Of a stretch of DNA of 64,000 nt, positions 46,729 through 56,585 are shown piece by piece (positions within the stretch are counted from its first letter, which is position 1; each line of letters starts with the position of its first letter). The notes under the pieces were generated by a model. It worked only from the letters and a program-made list of their open reading frames with translations, searched no databases and was not told where the DNA came from. The DNA comes from Minisyncoccia bacterium. Its GTDB lineage: Bacteria; Patescibacteriota; Minisyncoccia; Phycocordibacterales; UBA918. The translations under genes were made by a program, and so were the position numbers. The stretch is taken from positions 102,891 to 166,890 of the forward strand of contig JBKBPM010000001.1 in NCBI GenBank assembly GCA_046293175.1. Reading direction: 5' to 3'.

Positions 46729-47493
46729 TTAAGTACCGGCCTCGGCGGTTCCCCCTTCAAGCTGTGTGATCAAACGTTCGATAATTTGTTTTACTACAGG
46801 GTATGGCTGGGCACCATTGATGACGGCCTTTTGGTCACCTACTGTTACAACTGAGTATGGTGTACCCTGTGCGCCAGCTTTCACACCGTCTTCAAGACTT
46901 GCTTCAACGGTGGCAGTATGACGGCCACTTGAAAGACAGGTATTAAAATCAGCACGTGAGACACCGGCCTTTTCAGCAAACTCTGGGAGCTTCGTCATAT
47001 TGGTTGGTTCGTTGACATCACGTTCACTGAAGACTAAGTCTGAGAAGGTCCAGAATGCTCCATCTCCTCCAAGTTCACCAACACAATAGGCAGCTTCAGA
47101 AATACGTGGTGCGTTTGGGTGAAGCTGGGCGAGCGGGAACTGACGGTACACCCAGGCGACTTTACCAGTTACCCCATAATCATCCATGATGAGCTTCATA
47201 GTATCGTGGAAGTTCTTACAAAATGGACAATCGTAGTCAGAATACTCGACAATCGTGATTGGTGCATTTGGGTTACCACGAATAAAGTCCTTTTCAGTTA
47301 CTGGCGAGAGCTCAATCGCTTTTTCAGCCTCTGGTGTTTGCACAACAGTGTTTGGTGTGTTCGTTGTTTTTCCACCACTAAAGTAAATGGCAATAGCAAT
47401 AAATGCGAATCCAACTACAATCGCAAAGGGAATTCCCATATTTGCAGCTGGTCTTGGTGTAGGGGCAAAATTTTGGTTTGTCTCTTCTGGCAT
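46729..47493 (-). CDS. DsbA-family thiol:disulfide oxidoreductase, membrane-anchored
   Basis: Start adjusted to MPEETNQ.... TM anchor, then a thioredoxin fold with the CPFC active site (YSDYDCPFCKNFH). Confidence 0.8.
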   Translation of the reverse strand: MPEETNQNFAPTPRPAANMGIPFAIVVGFAFIAIAIYFSGGKTTNTPNTVVQTPEAEKAIELSPVTEKDFIRGNPNAPITIVEYSDYDCPFCKNFHDTMKLIMDDYGVTGKVAWVYRQFPLAQLHPNAPRISEAAYCVGELGGDGAFWTFSDLVFSERDVNEPTNMTKLPEFAEKAGVSRADFNTCLSSGRHTATVEASLEDGVKAGAQGTPYSVVTVGDQKAVINGAQPYPVVKQIIERLITQLEGGTAEAGT

Positions 47494-47584
47494 ACACAAT
47501 AATATCAATAACGAATATGGACACAGTATACCATGGCATTTAGGGAAATAAATCGTATGGTATACTCTTGGGGATTGGCTACAT

Positions 47585-48394
47585 ATGACATTTATTGAAT
47601 CGATTGCACTTGGTGTACTACAAGGACTAACAGAATTTTTACCGATTTCTTCATCTGGACACCTCGTCCTGGCCCATGATTTTTTAGGTGTAGTAGGGGA
47701 AGGGTCGCTCGCTTTTGATGCCGTTTTACACCTTGCGACCGCTACCGCTGTCCTCATCTATTTTAAAAAAGACTTCTGGATACTGTTTCAGGCCTTGCTG
47801 CGTAAGCTCGGTCGACTCCCGGTTCATACCCCTGACCTTACCTTAGCCTACGCGCTCCTCATCGGTACCATCCCAGCGGTAATCATTGGTATCTTCCTCG
47901 AAGATATCATGGCCACCCTATTTCGGAACCCACTTTTGGTCGCGGGTTCCCTCATTGCTGGATCGCTTTTGTTTATCTATGCCGAGTGGTTTTACTACAA
48001 CTCTACCCCACAAAATGATATGACTATCAGCAAAGCTGTGAAGATTGGCCTCTTCCAGTGTCTAGCCTTTGTACCGGGCTTCTCCCGCTCCGGTGCGACT
48101 ATTGCCGGCGGTATGCTCATGGGGCTGTCACGCAGTGAAGCGGCGCGCTTTGGGTTTTTGCTCGCGGTACCGCTTCTCATGGGGGCGGGTGGGAAGAAGC
48201 TCCTTGAACTTATCTCTACCGGCGGTGACTTTGCCTGGGCTACTATCTTTGCGGGTGCAATTGCGGCCTTTGTGGTGGGACTCGCGGCTATTCATTTTAT
48301 GCTTTCATTTGTCCGGAAGTATTCGCTGTGGCCGTTTGTGTGGTATCGACTGTTTCTCGCACTTCTTGTTATCTATATATTTGCACTAAGTTAG
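47585..48394 (+). CDS. uppP: Undecaprenyl-diphosphate phosphatase
   Basis: ALGVLQGLTEFLPISSSGHLVL and GFSRSGATI motifs; 8 TM helices. Confidence 0.9.
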   Translation: MTFIESIALGVLQGLTEFLPISSSGHLVLAHDFLGVVGEGSLAFDAVLHLATATAVLIYFKKDFWILFQALLRKLGRLPVHTPDLTLAYALLIGTIPAVIIGIFLEDIMATLFRNPLLVAGSLIAGSLLFIYAEWFYYNSTPQNDMTISKAVKIGLFQCLAFVPGFSRSGATIAGGMLMGLSRSEAARFGFLLAVPLLMGAGGKKLLELISTGGDFAWATIFAGAIAAFVVGLAAIHFMLSFVRKYSLWPFVWYRLFLALLVIYIFALS

Positions 48395-48570
48395 AGAACG
48401 CACTTCTAAATGCGCACAGACTTTGTTGCGCTACAGTCAACACAATTCATCGTACAGGCCAGTACGCCTCATCATGTCTCCCTTGCGCGCTTCGTCTTTG
48501 CATCATTTATAAACGCGTTGTGATGTAGTAGCTTTAGGATTTCAAAAAACCGCACACGGTTTTGTGGCGG

Positions 48571-49146
48571 TTAAAAGAGGAGAGAGTGAGTCATGGCGGC
48601 GTCTTCCTTGATCATCCAAGTGGAGATATCCAGAGGGATTTCACGTTTTCGGCTGCCGTCTTTGAACTTCACATGACCGTGAGCGAGGGCATAGTCAAAG
48701 ACCTTCTTGGTGACTTTTACATCCTGTTCGCAGTACTTTTTGATCTCATCAATTTTACCTTCTTTCCACCAGCGAACGGCTTGGAGACCATGGGCAGATT
48801 TTTTGGCTCCGACGGTAGCTTCGGCCACACTATCGAGGCGTAGGCGGCGACCAAGTGACTGACGGATACTCTCTAGAAGATCAATACTCTTGATATGGGA
48901 GAGATCGCCTGGATAGTACTTATTGAGGAGGGGAATATCAAAGTGGTTACTGTTGTAGCCAACGAGCGCATCAGCTTGCTCGACAATTGGCCAGGCCTGG
49001 TCAAGCTCATCAACCGTGAAGGTGGAGTACTTGTCAGTGCCACTATCGTAGAAGGTGGCGACAGAGATATCGAGCGCTGCCGGATCATTTGAACCAACTT
49101 CCTCAAAGATATTTTGCGTTTCTAAGTCGAAGATAATGTACCGCAT
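48571..49146 (-). CDS. DEDD-family 3'-5' exonuclease
   Basis: FDLET (exo I), YNSNHFDIPLL (exo II), YCEQDVKVT (exo III, Y-x3-D). Confidence 0.7.
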   Translation of the reverse strand: MRYIIFDLETQNIFEEVGSNDPAALDISVATFYDSGTDKYSTFTVDELDQAWPIVEQADALVGYNSNHFDIPLLNKYYPGDLSHIKSIDLLESIRQSLGRRLRLDSVAEATVGAKKSAHGLQAVRWWKEGKIDEIKKYCEQDVKVTKKVFDYALAHGHVKFKDGSRKREIPLDISTWMIKEDAAMTHSLLF

Positions 49147-49315
49147 AGATAGAGCGACATTGTAACATTGTAGGGTTTATTGTGGAAATTTTTAAAACAA
49201 GGTAGAGTATTTTTAGATTCATGTAGATGGAGGCTTTGATGCTCGATATTCCCAATAACTGCGATGAAAAAACCCGATCTACATCCACAAGCAGCAACTC
49301 ATTGATAAACATCAG

Positions 49316-49618
49316 TTGCCGCACCAATTTGGGAGTGTTGATTTGGTGCCCGCGCAGAACGAAGACGAACACAGTCGCCTGCGCGACGCGATGTTTGAAG
49401 TGCAGCTTGCCATTATGGTTGGTGAGGTTTATCTTCAGGTTTACACACGCGAAGTGGAAGAAATCGAGCCTAAGGTGGCAGAGCTGCGTGAAGGAGTAAG
49501 GCTTTGTAAGCTGCTAGAACAGTGGCTTGAACCATTTGTTACCAAGAGCGCAGAAACGCACTTGTCTATCGAAGCAGTGCACCGTCATGAGCATGGACGA
49601 AAACCCCCGTCAGGTTAG
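49316..49618 (+). CDS. Hypothetical small protein
   Basis: 100-aa ORF followed by a hairpin cccccgtc-aggtta-gacggggt (49595-49626). No homology recognised. Confidence 0.25.
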   Translation: MPHQFGSVDLVPAQNEDEHSRLRDAMFEVQLAIMVGEVYLQVYTREVEEIEPKVAELREGVRLCKLLEQWLEPFVTKSAETHLSIEAVHRHEHGRKPPSG

Positions 49619-49637
49619 ACGGGGTTCATCGGTTATA

Positions 49638-50906
49638 CTACTCGCTCTTTGTAATGTGAGTGATGAGTTCTTCAAGTGTGCCTTTGAGCTCAGTTTCTTC
49701 AATGAGGTTTTTGAGGGTGTAGGTACCTGAGGCAAGTTCGTTTTCACCGACCACAATGATATATTCGACGAGGCGTTCGGCGGCGTCACTGATTTTTTTG
49801 CCAAGCTTACGGGTACCGATATCGGTCGCCACACTGATTTCTTTTTTGCGGATAGCCATAGCAATTTTTTGGGCAGCGAGATTGTGGCTTGCTTCCATCG
49901 GAATCACCATCACGGTTGGGGCGGTGATACTTGAGGTCAAAAGGTCGTGCGTCTCTAGGAAATCTCGCATCGTGACATCGCCCATCCCAAAACCAATACC
50001 AGAAATTGGGTCGGCGCTAAACATACCGGTGAGGTTGTCGTAGCGACCACCGCCAAGCATTGAACGGTTGTTCTCACCTGAAACATCGAAGATTTCGAAA
50101 ATGGTTCCGGTGTAGTAATTAAAGCCACGAGCGATAGAACGATCAATTTTTACGTTCTCGATTCCAAGTTCACGAAGTCCATCAACAACTTTGTTTGTGT
50201 CAGTCGTATCACCACCTGAAATGAGTGTGTAAACATCATCGACAATAGCATCTTCAACCACAATTTCTTTGAGTGCTGTTTTGTATTCGTCAGTGCTAAT
50301 CTTGTGGAAGCGGTCATTAAGACGAGTAATGGCATCTTGCTTTTCAATGTCGGTAACACCAAAGACTGTGTATTTGGTGCGCATCTCTGCTCGGTCATTG
50401 ATACGGATTTCAAAAAGATTGGCTTCGGCACCAAAGTTCATGATAATTTGGTAGGCGAGCGCTATAATCTCGACGTCGGCGGTGTAATCGTCCGCGCCAA
50501 AAATGTCGCAGTTAAGCTGCCAGTGTTCACGCAAGCGACCACGCTGTGGGCGCTCGTAGCGGAAGAGGTTTGGGATACTGTACCAACGGACGGGAAGAGA
50601 CAGTTCACGACGGCGACCAGCGACCATCCGAGCGACGGTAGGGGTCATCTCAGGGCGCAGTGTCACTTCACGTTCGCCACGATCAATAAAGGTGTAGGTC
50701 TGCTCGTTCACCATCTCTTCGTTTTCGGCCCCTTTGCTCTTGTAGAGGATAGACGGTTCGAGGACTGACGCATCATAGCGCTCAAAGCCAAAGCTTTCGG
50801 CGGTCGCTGCCCAAACATCAAAAATATAGCGTTGGATCGCCATATCTTCTGGATAAAAGTCACGGACACCTTTGTATGGGTCGGTGGAGAGGTAGTTGTC
50901 TGCCAT
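49638..50906 (-). CDS. hisS: Histidine--tRNA ligase
   Basis: Class II aaRS. HisRS motifs (YKGVRDFYPED, RYERPQRGRLREHWQ, GGGRYDNL) and the anticodon-binding domain. Start adjusted to MADNYL. Confidence 0.9.
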   Translation of the reverse strand: MADNYLSTDPYKGVRDFYPEDMAIQRYIFDVWAATAESFGFERYDASVLEPSILYKSKGAENEEMVNEQTYTFIDRGEREVTLRPEMTPTVARMVAGRRRELSLPVRWYSIPNLFRYERPQRGRLREHWQLNCDIFGADDYTADVEIIALAYQIIMNFGAEANLFEIRINDRAEMRTKYTVFGVTDIEKQDAITRLNDRFHKISTDEYKTALKEIVVEDAIVDDVYTLISGGDTTDTNKVVDGLRELGIENVKIDRSIARGFNYYTGTIFEIFDVSGENNRSMLGGGRYDNLTGMFSADPISGIGFGMGDVTMRDFLETHDLLTSSITAPTVMVIPMEASHNLAAQKIAMAIRKKEISVATDIGTRKLGKKISDAAERLVEYIIVVGENELASGTYTLKNLIEETELKGTLEELITHITKSE

Positions 50907-50947
50907 GCGCTTGATTCTAGGGGAAAAAACGGCCGATAGCAAGCATT

Positions 50948-51511
50948 TTAATCGGCGGCAATTGGCTTATCACCAAGCGATTGGAGTCGTGCATCCATGG
51001 CTGTCTGGATGAGGGATTGTAGTCCGCGTGGGTCAGGCAAAGCTGGTGAGGTGAAGTTGCTTTCGGCGGCACTGGCTGTCTGGGCACGAATGGTGCCAAA
51101 ATTGAGCAAGGTTGGGATAATACCACTAATAGTTACTTTGATATCCTGCATCCGCTCGAGACGGAAGTTACTGACCTTACGATTAAAGAAACTAATCTGT
51201 TCAATCACAATGATACGACGGTCAGTAATGACCCACAGGTCAAGGTAGTAGTGTGTCCATGATACGGTCGCGGCCATCACAGAGAGGAGAAGCCAGGTAC
51301 AAAGCATAAACATAATGACGGCCATATTGTCTGCAAACAGGTTCGCGATATCAAGATTAAATGGGAGATTGAGAAGGGCAATACAACCAATCACTGGCAA
51401 AAAGCCCATCATGACAATTGATAGGAGTTCAACGGTAATGACAAACCAGTGTTTGCGGACGGTACGAAGTACTTGCTCATCAGGTTCAAGTTCAATTTTG
51501 TCGTAAAGCAT
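50948..51511 (-). CDS. Membrane protein with a bacterial PH domain (bPH_2, YdbS/YdbT-like)
   Basis: Two TM helices followed by a PH-like domain (ITDRRIIVIEQISFFNRKVSNFRLERMQDIKV). Start adjusted. Confidence 0.6.
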   Translation of the reverse strand: MLYDKIELEPDEQVLRTVRKHWFVITVELLSIVMMGFLPVIGCIALLNLPFNLDIANLFADNMAVIMFMLCTWLLLSVMAATVSWTHYYLDLWVITDRRIIVIEQISFFNRKVSNFRLERMQDIKVTISGIIPTLLNFGTIRAQTASAAESNFTSPALPDPRGLQSLIQTAMDARLQSLGDKPIAAD

Positions 51512-51512
51512 A

Positions 51513-51731
51513 TTATAAGAAAGCGATACCAGCCATGATGGCAAGGAGTGGTAATGAGAAAACGGCAAAGGCAATGTAGGTCTGCGCCGTCACGGTTGCT
51601 GATATTGAATAGTTTTGCCAGTGATAAAATAGGATGGCACTAAAAATCGCGTAGACGATAGCCGTGAGGTAAAACCCGATTTGGAGGAGGGGAGTAATAG
51701 AGAAAGCTTCCATACGTTTATTCTGCCACAA
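51513..51731 (-). CDS. Small 2-TM membrane protein
   Basis: 72 aa, hydrophobic. Co-oriented between prmC and the PH-domain gene. Confidence 0.4.
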   Translation of the reverse strand: MWQNKRMEAFSITPLLQIGFYLTAIVYAIFSAILFYHWQNYSISATVTAQTYIAFAVFSLPLLAIMAGIAFL

Positions 51732-52530
51732 GAGGCTTCATGATGCTATAGCGGTATGTGTCGTATTGGTCCTGGTGGTGGGTGACCGCAAGGTGGTGCT
51801 CTGCGGCCAGAGTAGCGATGGCTTCGCACTGAAAGGGTTCGTGTTCAATCCAAAGCTGACCGTTTGGTGTGAGGTAAGTAGAAGCTTCAGCAATAATACG
51901 AGCAATAATCTCCATGCCACCGACTCCACCAAAGAGAGCAAGCGCCGGTTCGTGTGCAACGACCGAGTCCTCGACAGTGTCTGCTGCTTTATCAATATAG
52001 GGAGGATTGGTGAGAATAAAATCAAACGTACCAGTCGCGTTTGCAAATAGGTCACTTTGAACACAGTGGTAGTACCCCAACCGATTGGGGTACTCGGTGA
52101 TATTCGCAGTGAGATTCTTTGTGATGGTGGGGAGGTGATTTTGGTCAATTTCAGCAAAAGTGACCATTGCTTCAGGAGTAGCTTTGGCGACCGCGACCCC
52201 AATTGCGCCACTACCAGCGCAGAGGTCGAGGATTTTAGGGGTCCGACCCCGAGACTCTAAGTTCGAGGCAAGACCTCGTATTACCAGGTCTTGCCTTAAA
52301 CTTCTGGACCTGATTTCTGTAATCGCTTGCTCGACCCAGTACTCAGTCTCTGGGCGGGGGATGAGCGGGTGGGAATCAAGCGAGATCTGGCAGTCAAGAA
52401 AGGGAATCGAACCGATGAGGTAAGCCAGCGGTTCACCAGCTTCGAGCCGGGCACAGTCGGCGAAAAAAGCGTCGCTTTTTTCGCCGTGATATTTCTCCTT
52501 AAGGAGCCACTCGATTTCTTGATTTTTCAT
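51718..52530 (-). CDS. prmC: Release factor glutamine methyltransferase
   Basis: NPPY motif (FDFILTNPPYI) and SAM-binding motif I (ILDLCAGSGAIG). Confidence 0.85.
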   Translation of the reverse strand: MKNQEIEWLLKEKYHGEKSDAFFADCARLEAGEPLAYLIGSIPFLDCQISLDSHPLIPRPETEYWVEQAITEIRSRSLRQDLVIRGLASNLESRGRTPKILDLCAGSGAIGVAVAKATPEAMVTFAEIDQNHLPTITKNLTANITEYPNRLGYYHCVQSDLFANATGTFDFILTNPPYIDKAADTVEDSVVAHEPALALFGGVGGMEIIARIIAEASTYLTPNGQLWIEHEPFQCEAIATLAAEHHLAVTHHQDQYDTYRYSIMKPLVAE

Positions 52531-53161
52531 GAAATTTATGGCATGGTACTACACGGAAGCTTGGAAAACAAGCATGCATTTTGGCATAGGGAGCCACAAC
52601 ATGACCGATACGAAATTTGTTGAATCGACCTGCGCTTTGAAGCATGTCGTGCTTACCAGTGAGGGCGTATTGGAGCAAATAGCCGGGTCGAGACTGGCTG
52701 CTTTCGTGGCCGAGATTAATGCTCATTAGGAGCAACTTCGTCAGGCCTGTCTCGGCTACCGTGCATCGATTCCGGAACGTCCGACTGAGGAGAAGTTCTA
52801 TGAGCTCGTCGATCTCCTGCGTGAAATGACCTACAGTTTCCACCCCTCACGGATGAATACCCAGCTCCTTGAAGCATCGACATTTATGAGTTGGAGAGAG
52901 CGCTCTAAAGCACCGACGCTGACGACACGGCGCAACATCATGCTCGTCCTTCTTGATGATGCTATGGAGAAGGCAATTCTATCGGGCGTTAAAGTTTTGC
53001 GCGAAATGCTGCGCAACCACGATGGTTCTTCCTTCCCCGTGAGCTGGTGCCTGGGGCCGCTGAAGATGACAACCTAATGAAGGAGGGGAAAAAGATAGGG
53101 GTGGTGCTTCGGCGCCGCCCTTTCTACGTATACGGAGGGCAAATCTGCTATACTACTGCCT

Positions 53162-53899
53162 ATGTCAGATACACCAATGTTAGAGATAAAAGACCTTGTG
53201 AAGGTCTATGGAAGTGGGGCGAAGGCGAAGCGAGCCGTTGATGGGATTTCACTCTCAATTCCGCGCGGGGCTTTTTTTGGTCTTTTGGGCCCCAATGGCG
53301 CCGGGAAGTCGACCACCATTCACTGTATTACTGGTATTGCGCAGCCAACTTCAGGCACCATTACGATTGACGGTGCTGATGTTGTGAAAGATTACAAGCT
53401 CGCTCGCACCAAAGTGGGTCTCTCGCCACAGGAGTTTAATGTCGACATTTTTTCTACCCCTGAACAACTGATGGACTTTATGGGTGGGTATTATGGCATT
53501 CCCCACGAGGAGCGCATGAAGCGAGTGAATGAACTCATCAAGCGTTTTGATCTTGAAGCGCATCGTGATGTGAAGTTTCAAAAACTCTCCGGCGGTCTCA
53601 AGCGTCGGGCGATGCTCGGCCGAGCCCTCGTCCATATGCCGGGACTCCTCATCCTCGATGAGCCAACCGCCGGGGTAGACGTTGAGCAGCGTCGTGACCT
53701 TTGGGCTTATCTTAAAGAGCTTAATGACGCTGGGACAACCATTATTCTCACCTCCCACTACCTCGAAGAAATTCAACAGCTTTGTAATCACATTGCGGTC
53801 ATTAATCACGGACAGATTATCTGGAACGGTACCAAGGCAGACTTTATGGATGGCGGGAAGTCGGTTGAAGATAAATATTTAGAACTCCTCAAAAAATAA
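53162..53899 (+). CDS. ABC transporter ATP-binding protein
   Basis: Walker A GPNGAGKST, signature LSGGLKRR, Walker B LLILDEPT. Confidence 0.9.
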   Translation: MSDTPMLEIKDLVKVYGSGAKAKRAVDGISLSIPRGAFFGLLGPNGAGKSTTIHCITGIAQPTSGTITIDGADVVKDYKLARTKVGLSPQEFNVDIFSTPEQLMDFMGGYYGIPHEERMKRVNELIKRFDLEAHRDVKFQKLSGGLKRRAMLGRALVHMPGLLILDEPTAGVDVEQRRDLWAYLKELNDAGTTIILTSHYLEEIQQLCNHIAVINHGQIIWNGTKADFMDGGKSVEDKYLELLKK

Positions 53900-53903
53900 T
53901 ATT

Positions 53904-54671
53904 ATGTATACGAATTGGATAGGACTCTATACGATGGTCCGTCGTGAAGTGAAACGGACAATGCGCGTGATGGTACAGACACTCATCGCTCCCGCTGTCT
54001 CAGCTGCGCTCTACATTTTTATTTTTGGCACCGTTATTGGGAGCAAGATTGAAGATTTTGCCGGTGTACCATACATATCATTTGTCTTCCCGGGCGTGCT
54101 CATGCTTTCAATCATCAATGCGTCGTTTGGGAGCGCATCGTCCGCACTCTACTTCATGCGCTTTACCCGCGGAATTGAAGAAATTCTCATCACCCCATTT
54201 TCGTATGTGGAGATGCTCATTGGGTTTGTCGGGAGTGCCGTGGCGCGTGCGGTGATGGTAGCGTGTCTCATTCTCCTCGTTGGACTCGCTTTTGGAGCGG
54301 TGACGCTCGTGTCGCCACTTGGGTTCCTTCTCTACATCAGTGCGATTGCGGCCATCTTTGCCATGCTTGGTATTATTGTGGCGCTCTGGGCGGAGAGCTT
54401 TGAACAACTCCAGGTCCTTAATACCTTTGTGATTACGCCACTGACCTACCTCGGGGGTATCTTTTACTCTATCACCATGTTGCCACCGCTTGCTGCTGCC
54501 ATTACCCGCTATAATCCATTTTTCTACTTTGCTGATGGGGTGCGCGGAAGCATGATTGGATACCATGAGGCGAATACGACAGTTGGCTTCTTGGTGATTG
54601 GAGGATTAGTAGTGGGACTTGGCATCATCGTAACCACTTTGTTTCGTCGCGGCTGGAAGATACGAGCATAA
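53904..54671 (+). CDS. ABC-2 type transporter permease
   Basis: 255 aa with 6 TM helices, immediately downstream of the ATPase. Confidence 0.8.
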   Translation: MYTNWIGLYTMVRREVKRTMRVMVQTLIAPAVSAALYIFIFGTVIGSKIEDFAGVPYISFVFPGVLMLSIINASFGSASSALYFMRFTRGIEEILITPFSYVEMLIGFVGSAVARAVMVACLILLVGLAFGAVTLVSPLGFLLYISAIAAIFAMLGIIVALWAESFEQLQVLNTFVITPLTYLGGIFYSITMLPPLAAAITRYNPFFYFADGVRGSMIGYHEANTTVGFLVIGGLVVGLGIIVTTLFRRGWKIRA

Positions 54672-54727
54672 GCTATTTACATTTACCGCCAATTCGTGTT
54701 TTATAGCTTAAGTAACGGGAGGAAAAG

Positions 54728-54955
54728 ATGGAGCAAATCTGTTGGTTCTTTAGTAAAGTCCGGCAGTATCTTAAGTGGTTGGTGGTACGGTGGCATATCA
54801 GCTACATCTCGATTGGCTTTTACGGAGTTGCCGTCAAACACGTCAGGGAAAACCCCGACCAGATGATGGCCTTCATTGAAACTAATGCCCACTACTATCT
54901 GGTAGGGGTATTGATCGAGATTTTTGTTTTGCGGAGAAAGCTCCTTCCGAGCTGA
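54728..54955 (+). CDS. Small hypothetical protein
   Basis: Strong RBS gggagg 8 nt upstream. 75 aa. Downstream hairpin agcccgagcgcacttagcgttcgggct. Confidence 0.4.
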   Translation: MEQICWFFSKVRQYLKWLVVRWHISYISIGFYGVAVKHVRENPDQMMAFIETNAHYYLVGVLIEIFVLRRKLLPS

Positions 54956-55016
54956 GCCACCATCCCCATAGAGCCCGAGCGCACTTAGCGTTCGGGCTGT
55001 TATACTTTAAGGTAGT

Positions 55017-56042
55017 ATGAACACACAAGCAAAACTGTACGAAACAGTGGCTGCCATGATGGCACCAGGTAAAGGAATTTTAGCAGCGGACGAAAGTGAT
55101 GCGACCGCGGGGAAGCGTCTTGAGATGGTGCATCTCCCGAATAGTCCTGAGAATCGTCAGGATTTCCGCGAACTATTATTTACCGCCCCTGGTATTGAAG
55201 AATACCTCTCTGGCGTCATTATGTACGACTCATCAATGCGTACTAGTACCGATGCTGGTGTCCCATTCCCTGACGTGCTCACCGCCAAGGGCATTGTGCC
55301 AGGTATCAAAGTTGACCTCGGTACCAAGGATCTTGATGGCTTCCCAGGCGAGGTGGTGACCCAAGGTCTTGATGGTCTTGAAGACCGCTTTCTCGAATAC
55401 TATGACCTTGGTGCTCGCTTTGCGAAGTGGCGCGCGGTGGTAACGATTGATAAAGGTCTCCCGACCGACGCTTGTCTTGAAATCAATGCCGTGATGCTTG
55501 CCCGTTACGCGCAGATTGCGCAACGTTGTGGCATTGTCCCAATGGTAGAACCAGAAGTGATTTTTGCGGGGGACCACTCAATTATTGAAGCCGAACAGGT
55601 GACGACCCGAACGCTCCAAATTTTGTTCCAGACTCTCATGAAGTACCGCGTTGACCTCGGTGGTCTTATCCTCAAGTCGTCGATGGTACTGGCTGGTGAT
55701 CTTAATCGTGACCAATCAACTCCCGCTGAAGTAGCGAATGCTACGTTGCGGACTTTCCACATGTCGGTGCCGCACGAGGTCGGAGGCATTGTCTTCCTCT
55801 CGGGCGGTCAGTCACCAAAGCGTTCAACCGAGAATCTCAATGCGATTGGCAAGATGGGTCCTCAGCCATGGGCAATTACGTACTCGTACTCCCGCGCTAT
55901 TGAAGAGCCGTTCCTCCTTGCTTGGCAGGGTAAGCCAGAGAACACCGAAGAAGCCCAGAAGGTCCTTCTCCATGCCTGTAAGATGAATAGTTTGGCTACG
56001 GAAGGGAAATATGAAGTCACCCTTGATCAGATTCTGAAGTGA
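55017..56042 (+). CDS. fba: Fructose-bisphosphate aldolase, class I
   Basis: GKGILAADES, the Schiff-base lysine region (LEGTLLKP-like ILKSSMVLAG) and the C-terminal aldolase fold; 341 aa. Confidence 0.9.
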   Translation: MNTQAKLYETVAAMMAPGKGILAADESDATAGKRLEMVHLPNSPENRQDFRELLFTAPGIEEYLSGVIMYDSSMRTSTDAGVPFPDVLTAKGIVPGIKVDLGTKDLDGFPGEVVTQGLDGLEDRFLEYYDLGARFAKWRAVVTIDKGLPTDACLEINAVMLARYAQIAQRCGIVPMVEPEVIFAGDHSIIEAEQVTTRTLQILFQTLMKYRVDLGGLILKSSMVLAGDLNRDQSTPAEVANATLRTFHMSVPHEVGGIVFLSGGQSPKRSTENLNAIGKMGPQPWAITYSYSRAIEEPFLLAWQGKPENTEEAQKVLLHACKMNSLATEGKYEVTLDQILK

Positions 56043-56065
56043 AATGAGCCACAGAGCACGTAGCG

Positions 56066-56125
56066 CGACAATGGCGAATTTCCGTGAGTGTGGCCGATTC
56101 CTAATGGCCAGATCAATGTCTCAAA
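56066..56125 (+). ncRNA. Conserved 3'-UTR RNA motif (copy 2)
   Basis: cgacAATGGCGAATTTCCGTGAG followed by hairpin tggcc-gattcctaat-ggcca; see copy 1 at 21855-21912. Confidence 0.4.
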
Positions 56126-56204
56126 GATGTCTGCCTGCTTGGATGAAGTTACATTCCTCGCCTCGTCTTCGCTAGATTTTGAATCTCAATTAAAACAGCG
56201 ACAC

Positions 56205-56245
56205 CTGAAGTAAAACAAAACCCCGAATGGGGCTTTGTTTTACTT
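56205..56245. terminator. Bidirectional terminator between fba and rpmG
   Basis: gtaaaacaaaaccccgaatggggctttgttttac. Confidence 0.7.
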
Positions 56246-56419
56246 CTTCTGCTTGTACTTTGTGTGCTTTCGGGCAATTGGGTTGAACTTGACCGTTTCG
56301 TACTTCTTACTTGGGTCCTTCTTTACCTTGTTATTGTAGCGGGTGTAGTAAACATGACCTTTACCAACGCCATTTTCGTCGCCGACTGATACGAGTTTTA
56401 CGAGTAAATCTTGTGACAT
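56240..56419 (-). CDS. rpmG: 50S ribosomal protein L33
   Basis: MSQDLLVKLVSVGDENGVGKGHVYYTRYNNKVKKDPSKKYETVKFNPIARKHTKYKQKK resembles L33 (YTTTKNKRN...LELKKY.P...KHT.HKE). Start adjusted from the ORF track. Confidence 0.65.
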   Translation of the reverse strand: MSQDLLVKLVSVGDENGVGKGHVYYTRYNNKVKKDPSKKYETVKFNPIARKHTKYKQKK

Positions 56420-56585
56420 AGTGGGACTGATTGTAGCAGAAAATGGATTTTTCGTCAATTTACCCATTACATACTAGTCTAAATCAGGCTCCTATCAACA
56501 GCCTTTTGACCTTTCTTGAGGCCCTCGCGAAGCTCTGCGTGCTACTATGAGGACGAGTACGCGGGGTGGCTCGTGTTGTGTGTGT

